From Leucoraja erinacea (lineage: Eukaryota): a DNA stretch of 64,000 nt. The translations under genes and the position numbers were made by a program. How positions within the stretch are numbered: the first letter of the stretch is position 1; every line of letters starts with the position of its first letter. Below the pieces are notes generated by a model that was not told where the DNA came from, searched no databases, and saw only the letters and a list, made by a program, of their open reading frames with translations. The stretch lies in contig NC_073381.1 of NCBI RefSeq assembly GCF_028641065.1, positions 19,406,001 through 19,470,000 on the forward strand, written 5' to 3'. Positions 37,073 through 49,825 of the stretch are shown here, one piece after another.

Positions 37073-37870
37073 TGGGGCTGTCCCACTGTACGAGCTAATT
37101 CAAGAGTTCTCCCAGGTTTTCCCTGATTCGAACTCGAAGAATTAAGATAATAGCCACTCGTAGGTACTCGGGGACATTTTTCAACATGTTAAAAAATCTT
37201 CACGAGTCTTCCCGAGCTTACCATGTTTCCCGAGTACCTGCCGTTAGCGTTACGAGCCGCTATGATGGTCCTATTCTACACGGCCACCATAGATTCTGTT
37301 CTCAACTTCTCCATCATGGTTTGGCTCATTTGGCTGGTTTGGCTCAGCCACCAAGCACGACACCTGGAGGCTGCAGCGAATCGTATAATCAGCAGAGAAG
37401 ATTATTGGGTGCAACCTTCCCTCCAATAATGAACTGTACACTGCAAGGGCCAGGAAGCGAGCGTACATCTCTGACCCCTCTCACCCTGGCCACAAACTCT
37501 TTCAATCACTTCCCTCTGGAAGACGACTCCGGATTGTCAAAGCTGTCACAGCCAGACATAAAAACAATTTTTATCCACGAGTAGTTGCTCTACTCAACAA
37601 TCAAAAATCTGTAGCCTCCCTTTGATCTGGTATTTTGTTGGTTCGTAAACTGTCACTGTATGTCATGTTGTTACTTGTGGGCGGAGCACCAAGGCAAATT
37701 CCTTGTATGTGAATATTTGGCCAATAAACTTACTTACTTACTTACTTACTTAAGAGATGTCCCGAGCTCCGACGTACCTGCAACGTACATTCTACGTGCT
37801 TACCATGAGTTTGATTTTTTTTTAAACTCGGGAAAGCTCTTGAATTAGCTCGTACAGTGGGACAGCCCCT
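37073..37870. mobile_element. PIF/Harbinger-type MITE carrying a nested LINE fragment
   Basis: 33-bp TIR GGGGCTGTCCCACTGTACGAGCTAATTCAAGAG / CTCTTGAATTAGCTCGTACAGTGGGACAGCCCC; TAA TSD at 37070-37072 and 37871-37873. Confidence 0.85.
37263..37750 (+). mobile_element. Rex1/Babar-type LINE 3' fragment with (TTAC)n tail
   Basis: MVLFYTATIDSVLNFSIMVW, DPSHPGHKLFQSLPSGRR; aataaa then (ctta)n. Confidence 0.8.
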
Positions 37871-38139
37871 TAACAGCTATTGGAACGGCTTCCCATAACA
37901 CATTTCTAGTTTTACCTGGAGCTCATTTTATTAATCTTTCATGACATTAAATGTATTAATTTAGAAATTGAATCACCGACATGCATTACCCTAAATTTGA
38001 AACATAGAAACATAGGTAAGAAGTGTTATTTCTTACAATGCAACGTCAAAGTGAACAATGACCGTAAAATACAGATGTTCCTTCTTCAGCAAAAATTATG
38101 AGAAAGTTTTCATAACATATTTCATTTTGATTTGCATAC

Positions 38140-38265
38140 ATAGTTGTGCAGCAGTAGAGTTGCTGCCTTACAACGCCAGAGACACGAGTTTGAAACTGCG
38201 TGGGTTTAATCCAGGTGCTCCGGTTTCCTCCCACATTCCAAAGACGTGCATGTTTGTTGGTTAAC
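38140..38265 (+). mobile_element. Internally deleted V-SINE
   Basis: gcagcagtagagttgctgccttaca...ggtgctccggtttcctcccacattccaaagac. Confidence 0.7.
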
Positions 38266-40059
38266 CAGCCTTTAACTGCTATGTACCTCCTCCAATGCCA
38301 AGATAATCTTGATGGGATCTAATTATTAATGTCAATTAATGTCAATTAATCTTGGGGCTAAACAGAACTTTATGCAAAGGAAGAATAATGTCTATTGGTT
38401 GTATTCCAGTAAAACTGAAGGAAATGTCTCAGCAGCCCTGTAAATTATTTGTGTCTATTCCCTACTCGTGATCTTGAATCTTGATCTTGATCATTTCTGC
38501 ACTTGAACTTTTAATCTCTCTGCTCATCCAATTTCCAGCTCCCTTCCAAATAAAAAAAATATCATGAGATTGAAGTTCATCTTTGCCCATTGGTACTAAA
38601 TGTTAATATAGTTGTAGCTGTGCATTGTAATCTACTCCTGAAATTTGGTTTGGAAGAACAATGCAACATGCACTACATTCCACGTTTACAATCGCCCTTA
38701 AACATATATAATACCTCATAGCTTCTGGCCATGCTCCTGTTGTCAGCAATTCCAAATGGCAGTGATCGAGACCACAAGAACTATCGCTTGGCAGATTTGG
38801 AAGATCAAACCCACTATTTACAGAAACCGCAGCATGTGAGAGTGAAGGCCATTTGCCAACTCCCTCACTTCAAACCAGCAGCCAAGTAACAAACATCATT
38901 CTTCTTACGAACTACAAAAGCATGAACCCAACATTACTGCAACAGAATAACCCCCCCCCCCCCCCCCCTCACCCCACCCCACACAATAGGGGTGAGAGCT
39001 ACTTTAATTTCTTACTGATACTGATGCACAGCTAATATTGCCAATTCAACCTAAATTATGCCTATTATGTCAGTCACTTTCTTACTCTGAATTCTCCCCA
39101 GATTAAAATGACCTCTTCCACCAGACGCTAAACCACAGACTCTTAAGGATAATCATGAGATAGCTATCACTGGAATGAGTAATCCCCTCACTCTTTTGGA
39201 AACATTTCCAGAGATCAAGAATCTTTTGCCATGATCCCCACCCACAACACTATACTATGCAACATTTGTGTTAATATACCCCTGGAAGATTTAAGTGAAG
39301 AACAAATACAAACAAGGATCACCTTTGTGCAAGGTCAGTGATTCAATGAGCAACCGGGTTAACCTGGTTCTGAAAATAAGGCCAGTTTATCAAACTAAAC
39401 CATAGGGAAAGAAAATACACGTTCCTGTTACAGAGCTGTTCATGAGCCTGCAAATGGCTGCAGAGCAGTCAATCTGTACAACTGTGATAAACAATGCCCA
39501 TCTCCTCCACCAGCACTTCATTGGTAAGCTGCTAAATGTTCACTACTAGCCTCATGGGTAAAATGCTGGTGAGCACCTATGGCACCATGTAGGATGATGG
39601 TTTTATTCGAGAATACTAGGTAGGGCTAGGAGACATATCATTATCATTAATGGTTTGAAAACAGCATTGTAGGACTCAGCGATGCTAATTGTGAAAAACA
39701 CATTAAGAACAAGAATTGTGATGTTCTTGAGAACAGCCTAGTTGAGCTGAAACTAACATTGTTGGCTGCTGCATGCGGTTTCCTGTCAATCCTTGCTAAG
39801 AAGTGCTTCCTAACATCACCCACCAAATAGTATAGTGCTAATTCTAACGTCTTGCCTTATTTGGATTCCACCACCAGAGGAAAAGTGAAATACTGATTGC
39901 AATCTTTACAGTCAGCTCTTTATAGAAACATAGAAAATATGTGCAGGAGGAAGCCATTTGGCCCTTCGATCCTCAGATTCAGATTGGCCCTACAGAGACA
40001 ACGAAATACATTGCAATCCTGAAACGCCATTCATTGTGATCATGGCTGATCATCCACAA

Positions 40060-41517
40060 CGACAATCAAAACTGCCTTTCCTTTCAAAACCCTTGAAAAG
40101 GTAATTTTAAATCAACTTATGTCTCACCTTCACCAAAATATTATCTTGGAAACTTTCCAATCAGGTTTCAGGGCCCACCACAGCACAGAATCTGCCTTGT
40201 TGAAGGTACATAATGACCTACTGCTCACCGTTAATGACCTACTGCTCACCGTTGACTCCGGCGACTGTGCAATCCTGCTCCTTCTCAACCTCAGCGCAGC
40301 ATTTGATACTGTCGACCACACCATCCTAATTGACCGTCCCTGGTACGGGGTTGCCCTGAGCTGGTTCATCTCCTACCTCAAAGGTAGGGGTTTCTCTACT
40401 AACATAGGCAACTCTTTGCCCTCCCCAGCTAGCCTCTGCTGCGGGTTTCCATAAGGTTACATCCTTGGCCCCATTCTCTTCTCCCAGTATATGCTCCCCT
40501 TAGGCCATCATTCAAAGGCACGGCATTTCCTTCCATTGCTATGCAGCCGATATACAACTCCCCCTGAAGTCCAAAAACCGATCAAATCTACTCAGCCTTA
40601 TCCACTGCCTCGAGGATATAAAGTGTTGGATGGCCCAGAACTTCTCCAACTAAACGAGAGTAAGTCTGAGGTCATCCTTCTCGGCCCCTCAGACTCAATC
40701 AAAATGATAGCAGGCAGCCTTGGAAGACTTACCCCATTACTCAAACCTCACGTCAAAAACATTGGCGTGATATTTGACTCAGCATTGAAATTTGACAAAC
40801 AAGTCAATGCCGTGGTAAAAGCTAGCTTCTTCCAGCACGATAGCTAAAATAAAACAATTCCTCCAGTTTGACGACCTCGAAAAAATCATCCACACATTTA
40901 TCTCCTCCCGCCTCGATTACTGCAACTCCCTTTACACTGGAATCAGCCAATCTTCCCTGTCCCACCTGCAACTGGTCCAAAACACCGCAGCAAGACTCTT
41001 GACGGGCACCCGAAAAAGGGACCACATCACCCCGATTCTGGCCTCTCTCTACTGGCTCCCTGTGCAGTTCCGAATAAATTTCAAGATCCCTCTTTATGTC
41101 TACAAAGCCCTTAACGGGCTTGCCCCACCTACATCAATAGTTTGCTTACCCACCACACCACCTCCAGGTCCCTCAGATCGGCCGACTTGGGGTTACTGAA
41201 CATCCCGCGGTCTAGGCATAAACTCAGGGGCGACCGCGCCTTTGCGGTTGCAGGTCCTAGACTGTGGAACAGCATCCCCCTTCCCATCAGAACTGCCCCC
41301 TCCATCGACTCCTTTAAGTCGAGACGTAAAACTCATCTTTACTCTCAAGCCTTTCCTGACGTCATCTGAGGGAGGGCTATATGTATGTATTTATGTATGT
41401 ACTTAATCTATGAACCAATGTTGTATAACATTAGTACCTCCACCAATGTAAAGCACTTTGGCCAACGAGAGTTCTTTTTTAAATGTGCTATAGAAATAAA
41501 AGTGACTTGACTTGACA
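40060..41517 (+). mobile_element. L2 LINE, 5'-truncated, inserted in a CR1 tail
   Basis: FQSGFRAHHSTESALLKVHND, LSAAFDTVDH, DHITPILASLYWLPV, GDRAFAVAGPRLWNS; (GACTT)n tail. Confidence 0.93.
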
Positions 41518-42276
41518 GTAACCCGTGCCTACCTCTAGCCCCTAGAGCTCTATCTATCTCTCTTTTAAATGCATCCAGTGAATTGGCCTCTACTGCCTTC
41601 GGTGGCATGGAATTCCACAAATTCACAACTCTCTAGGTGAAAACGTTTTTTCTCATCTCAGTTTTAAATGGCCTCCCCTTTATTCTTAGACTGTGGCCCC
41701 TGGTTCTGGACTCCCCCAACATTGGGAACATTTTTCCTGCATCTAGCTTGTTGAGTCTTCCAATCTTTTCTCATCCGCCATCCCAGGGATTGACCTCGTG
41801 AACCTACGCTGCACTGCCTCAATAGCAAGGATGTCCTTCCTCAAATTAAGAGACCAAAACTGCACACAATACTCCAGATGTGGTCACACCAGGGCCCTGT
41901 ACAACTGCAGAAGGACCTGTACTCAAATCCTCTCGTTATGAAGGCCAATATGCCATTAGCTTTCTTCACTGCCTGCTGTACCTCCATGTTTACTCTCAGT
42001 GACTGGTGTATAAGGACACCCAGGTCTTCCGTTTTTCCTAATCTGACACCATTGAGATAATAATCTGCCTCCTTGTTCTTGCCGCCAAAGTGGATAACCC
42101 CATATTTATCTACATTATACTGCAAATGCCATGCATCTGCCCACTCACTCAACCTGTCCAAGTCACCCTGCAACCTCCTAGCATTCACTTTGCAGTTGAC
42201 ATGGACACACAGCTTTGTGTTATATGCAAATTTGCTAGTGTTCCTTTTAATTCCATCATCTAAATCATTAATATAT

Positions 42277-43076
42277 CAAGAAGAACTGCAGATGCTGGTT
42301 TAAATCAAAGGGAGACACAAATTGCTGGAGTAACTCAGCGGGTGAGGCAGCAGCTCTGGAGAGAAGGAATGGGTGACGTCACCCAAGAGCTTCAAATTCC
42401 TGGGCGTGCACATCTCTGAAGATCTTTCCTGGTTCGAGAACACTGATGCACTTATCAAGAAAGCACATCAGCGCCTCTACTTCCTGAGAAGATTACAGAG
42501 AGTCGGTTTGTCAAGGAGGACTCTCTCTAACTTCTACAGGTGCACAGTAGAGAGCATGCTGACCGGTTGCATCGTGGCTTGGTTCGGCAACTTGAGCGCC
42601 CTGGAGAGGAAGAAACTACAAAAAGTAGTAAACACTGCCCAGTCCATCATCGGCTCTGACCTTCCTTCCATCGAGGGGATTTACCGAAGTCGCTGCCTCA
42701 AAAAGGCTGGCAGTATCATCAAAGACCCACACCATCCTGGCCACACACTAATCTTCCTGCTACCTTTAGGTATAAGGTACAGGAGCCTGAAGACTGCAAT
42801 GACCAGGTTCAGGAATAGCTACTTCCCCACAGCCATCAGGCTATTAAACCTGGCTCGGACAAAACTCTGAACATTAATAACTCATTACTTGTTATTTGCA
42901 CTTTATCAGTTTATTTATTCATGTGTTTTGTAGTCAATGCCTATTATGTTCTATGTGCTGAAGCAAAGCAAGAATTTCATTGTCCTATCAGGGACACATG
43001 ACAATAAACTTGAACTTAAACTCCTTCTCTCCAGAGATGCTGCCTCACCCGTTGAGTTACTCCAGCATTTTGTGTC
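42277..43076. mobile_element. Penelope-derived fold-back element split centrally by a Rex1 fragment
   Basis: Arms 42277-42383 and 43021-43076 are inverted; 20-bp duplication catctaaatcattaatatat at 42257-42276 and 43077-43096. Confidence 0.8.
42384..43020 (+). mobile_element. Rex1/Babar 3' fragment, same family as 22760-24110
   Basis: Open frame KSFKFLGVHISEDLSW...RFRNSYFPTAIRLLN; tail gacaataaacttgaactt. Confidence 0.92.
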
Positions 43077-44499
43077 CATCTAAATCATTAATATATTGTA
43101 AATAGTTGCAGTCCCAGCACCAAGCCTTGTGGCACTCCACTCCCCACTGCCTGCCATTCTGACAGGGACCCTTTTATTCCTAGTCTTTGTTTCCTGTCTG
43201 CCGACCAATGCTCTATCCATGTCAATACCCTATCCCCAATATCATGTGCTCTAATTTTGCCCACTAATCTCATGTGTGGGACCTTATCAAATGCTTTCTG
43301 AAAGTACAGATACACTACATCCACTGGCCCTCCTTCATCCATTTTACTTGTCACATCCTCAAAATATTCCAGAAGATTAGTCAAGCAGGATTCCCCTTCA
43401 TAAATCCATGCTGACTTGGACCAATCCTTTTACTGCTATTCAAATGCGCTGTTATTGCTTCTGTAATAATTGACCCCAGCATCTTCCCCACCACCGATGT
43501 CAGGCTAACTGGTCTGCAATTCCCCCTTTTCTTTCTCGCTCCTTTCTTGAAAAGTGGCATAACATTAGCTACCCTCCAATCCACAGGAACTGATCCTGAA
43601 TCTACGGAACATTGGAAAATGATCACCAATGTGTTCACGATTTCTAGAGCCATCTCCTTGAGTACCCTGGGATGCAAACCATCAGGCTCTGGGGATTTAT
43701 CAGCCTTCATTCCCATCAGTCTACCCAATACTATTTCTTGCCTAATACAAATTTCTTTCAGTTCCTTTGGCTTCCTTGACCCTCTGGCCTCTAGTACCTG
43801 TGCAGGTGAATTTATGGGATATACCCCACTTTTAACTAAGGAGTGCATGGAATTTACAATGATAGGTAGTGTTGGGAGAGCTTGAAAAACTTGAACATGC
43901 TTACATGTACTTTCTGTATGGTGCTCAGGAAGACTCTGCAAGGCTGTAGCCGAATGCCAGGGATACACAAGATTGCCAGGGAAGTCCCCCAAGGATGCGA
44001 GTGCAGTTCATGGTTGCTTGGGGAAATATGCAATCCCCGCTTGGTCTGCTCCAATGGGCAGAAGTATGAGAAGGTGAGGTCTCCACTCCTTCAATATAGC
44101 ATTCCCATGCAGCTTTGATTAGCAATTTGAGATTGTGTCATAGATCACAGCAGCTTGGAACAATCCTGTGGCTGGAGAGGAATGTGTGACTGTAACCTTA
44201 ACCTCTAAAAAGAAATCAGTCAGGCATGTGTGTATACTTGTGTTCGCAGGTAAGATGGCGATGACAATGAATGCTGCTCAAGGAATGGTCCTCTAAACAG
44301 CATGGTTTTAGGGTAAACAGCAATTCTGCATATTGTTCTTCTTTTTCGGGCTTTTGCAGGAATTTTACAACAGAATGAAGGTTTAGAGCTTGAAAGAGAA
44401 ACATGAAAGTCAATAAAAAATTGTTATTTTTCAATATTAGGTGTGTAAATGTCACCAATAATTTGACTGGTCCAACTACATTGGCGACACGGCCAAGAA

Positions 44500-45165
44500 A
44501 CAAAACCAATGCCTCTACTTCCACAGAATACTAAGGAAATTTGGCAAGCCATAATCATAGCCCAATACAGCACAGAAACAGGCCCTTTAACCCACCTTGG
44601 CCAGCTGACGATGTCCCATTTGCCTGCATTTGGCCCTTAGCCTTCAGGATGACTTCCTAGCCAATGACTCTTACCAATTTCTATAGATGCCCCATAGAAA
44701 GCATCCTATCTGGTATGGCAACTGATCTGCCCAAGATTGCAAGAAATTGCTGAGTTGTGGACACACCCCAGTCCATCACACAAACCAGCCCCTCCATTCC
44801 ATCTACATTGCATGCTGTCTTGGGAAAGCAGCCAACATAATCAGGGACCACTTACACCTTGCTCATACTCCCCTCTCCCGTTGAACAGAAGATACAGAAG
44901 CTTGAAAGCACATACATACCACCAGATTCAAGGACAGCTTCTTCCCCACTGTTATCAGACTCCTGAACGGATCTCTGATATGTACCACTGATCTTCCAAT
45001 CACCTTGAAAGCACTTGCACTTTTATTCAATCTGAATTTTCTCAGTAGTTTGTAACACTATATTTTGCACTCATGTTATACTCATGGCATGATCTGCCTG
45101 GATAGCATGTAAAACAACATTTTTCACTGTATCTTGGTACGTGGCAATAATAGATCAATACCAAT
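44500..45165 (+). mobile_element. Old Rex1-type 3' fragment with a SINE/CR1 tail inserted
   Basis: NFYRC.IESIL, RRYRSLKA, RFKDSFFP remnants and tttcactgtatcttggtacgtggcaataa tail. Confidence 0.65.
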
Positions 45166-46063
45166 GCAGAGGAAAATAAGTGTTCGGCACGGACTTGTAG
45201 GATCGAGATGGCCTGTTTCCGTGCTGTAATTGTTATATGGTTATATGGTTATAGGTGTGGTCCAAAGGAGCTATTGTTCTATGTCAAGTCAAGTCAAGTT
45301 TATTCGTCACATACACATACGAGATGTCACATACACATACGAGATGTAATATGTTTCAACAAACTGTACATTGACGTACAAAGAATAATTTAGAGGTTTA
45401 AAGATAATACAAAATCTGGAAATAAGAATAATAATAACAACAACAGATTAGCATAGCATATTCAGCCTGAAAAAGTGGACACATTTGTGGCAGTTCAAAT
45501 TTAAGGCAGGAAAATGTGAAATGATCTATTGTGAAAGCAAGAATATGGAGAAAGAGTACAAACCATACAATAAAATTCCACCGGGAATACTTGAACTGAG
45601 ACACTTGGAAGTATATTTACCCAAGTCTTTGAAGGTGACAGAGTTGAAAAGACTGTTATGAATACTTTTGACGAGATTGAAGTTGAGGCTGTTCTCTTTG
45701 AAGCAGATAGGGATCAGAAAAAGTATGATAAAAATATTAGATAATTATGGATCTTTACCTGAATTAATATGGGGGGATGTTTTCCAGATGCAGAAGGGTT
45801 GGTAACCAGAGGACTGATGTTGAAAGTGACTAACAAATTAAGGAAGACGTGAATTTTAATCTGGCCTCCCACTGTGATGTGTAATTCTATGATATTATGG
45901 CATCACTGCAAAGGGGAAAGGATTGTAAATTGAGTAAACAGGATGTTATTCTCACTTAATTCCTGACCATCCAGATTTCCCTCCTTGGTCCTGTAATAAA
46001 TGGTGAGATCATTGAATCTCTATCATCATGCTCGTGCGCTTCTCCCTCAAATATTTTACCAAC

Positions 46064-46490
46064 TCAAGTCAAGTCAAGTCACATTTATTTATATAGCACA
46101 TTTAAAAAACAACTCTCGTTGGCCAAAGTGCTTTACATTTGTTATAAGAATAGCACAACAAAACAAACTACATACATATATACATGTAGCCCTCACTCAG
46201 AGGACGTCAGGAAAGGCTTGGGAATATAGATAAGTCTTTAGTCTTGACCTAAAGTAGTCGATGGAGGGGGCAGTTCTGATGGGAAAGGGGATGCTGTTCC
46301 ACAGTCTAGGAGCTGCAACCGCAAAGGCGCGGTCGCCCCTGAGCTTATGCCTAGACAGTGGGATATTCAGCAACCCCAAGTCGGCCGATCTGAGGGGCCT
46401 GGAGGTGGAGTGGTGGGTGAGAAGACTTTTTATGTAGGTGGGGGCAAGCCCATTGAGGGCTTTGTAGACATGGAGGAGGATCTTGAAGTT
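46064..46490 (-). mobile_element. L2 3' fragment, same family as 40060-41517
   Basis: GLLNIP.SRHKLRGDRAFAVAAPRLWNSIP; (AAGTC)n at 46066-46080. Confidence 0.92.
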
Positions 46491-46689
46491 TTAACTATCT
46501 ATTCTTCAACAAAAAGCCTTAAATCCTCCATCCATGCAAACCATCCCATCTCTAACTCCTAGAATCGCTTTACTCAGGCAGCCACCAATTAATTAAAACC
46601 AGTGTGGTATGGGCAATTATAAGGTCATAAGTGATAGCATCAGAACTAGGCCATTCGGCCCACCAAGTCTACTCCGCCATTCAATCAAG

Positions 46690-48312
46690 ATTCAAAGAAG
46701 AGGAAGTACTGACATTTATGAGAAATATAAAAGTGGATAAGTCTCCAGGTCCGGACAGGATATTGCCTAGGACATTGAGGGAAGTTAGTGTAGAAATAGC
46801 AGGGGCTATGACAGAAATATTTCAAATGTCATTAGAAACGGGAATAGTACCGGAGGATTGGCGTACTGCGCATGTTGTTCCATTGTTTAAAAAGGGGTCT
46901 AAGAGTAAACCTAGCAATTATAGACCTGTTAGTTTGACGTCAGTGGTGGGCAAATTAATGGAAAGGATACTTAGAGATAATATATATAAGCATCTGGATA
47001 AACAGGGTCTGATTAGGAACAGTCAACATGGATTTGTGTCTGGAAGGTCATGTTTGACTAATCTTCTTGAATTTTTTGAAGAGGTTACTTGGGAAATTGA
47101 TGAGGGTAAAGCATTGGATGTTATATATATGGACTTCAGTAAGACCTTTGACAAGGTTCCTCACGGAAGGTTGGTTAAGAAGGTTCAATTGTTGGGTATT
47201 AATGGTGGAGTAGCAAGATGGATTCAACAGTGGCTGAATGGGAGATGCCAGAGAGTAATGGTGGATGGTTGTTTGTCAGGTTGGAGGCCAGTGACTAGTG
47301 GGGTGCCACAGGGATCTGTGTTGGGTCCACTGTTGTTTGTCGTGTACATCAATGATCTGGATGATGGTGTGGTAAATTGGATTAGTAAGTATGCAGATGA
47401 TACTAAGATAGGTGGGGTTGTGGATAATGAAGTAGATTTTCAAAGTCTACAGATAGATTTATGCCAGTTGGAAGAGTGGGCTGAAAGATGGCAGATGAAG
47501 TTTAATGCTGATAAGTGTGAGGTGCTACATCTTGGCAGGACAAATCAAAATAGGACGTACATGGTAAATGGTAGGGAATTGAAGAATGCAGGTGAACAGA
47601 GGGATCTGGGAATAACTGTGCACAGTTCCCTGAAAGTGGAATCTCATGTAGATAGGGCGGTAAAGAAAGCTTTTGGTGTGCTGGCCTTTATAAATCAGAG
47701 CATTGAGTATAGAAGTTGGGATGTAATGTTAAAATTGTACAAGGCATTGGTGAGGCCAATTCTGGAGTATGGTGTACAATTTTGGTTGCCTAATTATAGG
47801 AAGGATGTCAATAAAATAGAGAGAGAGTACAGAGGAGATTTACTAGAATGTTGCCTGGGTTTCAGCAACTAAGTTACAGAGAAAGGTTGAACAAGTTAGG
47901 GCTTTATTCTTTGGAGCACAGAAGGTTAAGGGGGGACTTGATAGAGGTCTTTAAAATGATGAGAGGGATAGACAGAGTTGACGTGGATAAGCTTTTCCCA
48001 CTGAGAGTAGGGAAGATTCAAACAAGGGGACATGACTTGAGAATTAAGGGACAGAAGTTTAGGGGTAACTTGAGGGGGAACTTCTTTACTCAGAGAGTGG
48101 TCGCTGTGTGGAATGAGCTTCCAGTGAAGGTGGTGGAGGCAGGTTCGTTTTTATCATTTAAAAATAAATTGGATAGTTTTATGGACGGGAAAGGAATGGA
48201 GGGTTATGGTCTGAGCGCAGGTATATGGGACTAGGGGGGAATACGTGTTCGGCACGTACTAGAAGGGTCGAGATGGCCTGTTTCCGTGCTGTAATTGTTA
48301 TATGGTTATATG
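46690..48312 (+). mobile_element. Young CR1 LINE with near-intact RT domain, inserted in another CR1 tail
   Basis: About 390 open codons ([42 protein letters not shown]), one frameshift near 47825, (GTTATATG)n tail; host tail at 46626-46688 resumes at about 48311. Confidence 0.95.
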
Positions 48313-48771
48313 GCTGATCTATCTCTCCTTCCTAACCCCATTGTCCAGCCTTCTCCCCATAACCCCTGACACCCGGCCAACATACAATGTGATGAACTAC
48401 ACCATCCTTTCTTCACCCACCTTGTATTATTCTCAGCTACCCAGCCATGGCCAAAGAATCATCTGCAAGAGATTCTCTTCCTGCAACCACATCTTTATCT
48501 CTGGCATTCCCCAAAGGTTTAGCCTTGTCTTCTTGTGTAATGAACGTTCAATCCTATTTTTCATCTACATTTAAAAACACAGCATCACTTTCCAAAAAAT
48601 ATATTTTTGATGGTGAGCTCTTCTTCATTAGACACTTACTCTTCCACTGTAAATTGTCAGACCGTTTGCATGACAACCAGTAGAGGGTGAACTAGAACTG
48701 TAACTAAATCATGGGAAGCTTGAATCCATTACCACAAGCTGCATCCCTGAAGCCACCCACTCCATTCCTTT

Positions 48772-48870
48772 GTGTAGGAGAGAACAGCAGATGCTGAGTA
48801 ACTCAGCAGGACAGGCTGCATCTCTGGTGAGATGGAATGGGCGACGTTTCGGGTTGAGGCCCTTCTTCAG
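48772..48870 (-). mobile_element. Penelope-derived short element
   Basis: 13-bp TSD actccattccttt (48759-48771 and 48871-48883); hammerhead-like core at 48843-48870 on minus. Confidence 0.8.
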
Positions 48871-49746
48871 ACTCCATTCCTTTCCCTAGGTTCGGTCTGA
48901 AATTGACCCAGACTGTTTGCAACCAGAGTATTGCATTCAATCTCAAGATGAACATCAGTGCATACATCTGCACTATTCCCAATACCATTTATTTCTGCAT
49001 CTGTAACCACTTCCAATTTCCCCCTTGCTTAGTTATTTCATGCATTTGTTACTTCCGGGCTTGTAACTATTACAAAGCTTGTAACTTGTAACTATTACAA
49101 AGAATTCCTGGATGTCATACTTTTGTTTTACTTGTTATATGCTCAAGGGCATTTGAACTCTGCTGTCCTCCAGTTCAGCTATCTGAGCAATTCAAAGATC
49201 GTAGCTCCTCCACTGGAGATCATTTCCTCAGCTGCCAGTGCCCCAATTTCTGGAATTCCATTGCTGAGTTATTCTAGCCCCCTTTCCTCTTCTGCTTCCT
49301 AAAATGAATCTCTTTGCATAGCTTTCGGTGATCACTTGTAATGCTTTGCTTGGTGCAGCAAATATTGCTAGATAATGTTAAAATGAAGCACCGAGAGATA
49401 GTTTGTTTTGCTGAGTGTACTCTTAAGAATACAATTACCGTGTGGGAAATAGAAAGTGTGACTGTATGAGATGAAAAGGGTCCACCAAGCAATGACTGCA
49501 TAAACACGACCATTGTGAAAATCTTTACTGTGAAAAAAAAGAATATTGCAATTGGAACAATTATGTCAACGTAATATATTTTAAATTAAAATAGAAAACA
49601 TTCTATTGTAACTTAGTTTTAACTCAATAGAAATAGGAGCCAAAGCATCCGTTTTTTTTACACGCCCAGGAAACTAACCTTTGGAAAAGTTGTGTCATAT
49701 CAAAGCCAGAATTTCAAACCCCATTACACCATCACTGTATTTTAAT

Positions 49747-49825
49747 GTGTAGGAAGGAATTGCAGATGCTGGTTTAAACCAAAGTTAGACACAAAAAACT
49801 AGAGTAACTCAGCGGGATAGGCAGC
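49747..49825 (-). mobile_element. Penelope-derived short element (extreme 3' end only)
   Basis: gtgtaggaaggaattgcagatgctgg...actcagcgggataggcagc flanked by attttaat on both sides. Confidence 0.7.

Larger units (their letters stand above)
39922..43800 (-). mobile_element. CR1 LINE split by L2, PLE and Rex1 insertions
   Basis: Tail at 39922-40058, body 41518-42276 and 43077-43800 (DKSPEPDGLHPRVLKE, RPVSLTSVVGK, QKAFDKVPH, GVPQG). Confidence 0.88.

Noticed and set aside
46631-47872. 413-aa ORF as a host gene
   Set aside because: It is the RT portion of a 5'-truncated CR1; the first ~20 codons are read from an unrelated flanking repeat tail.
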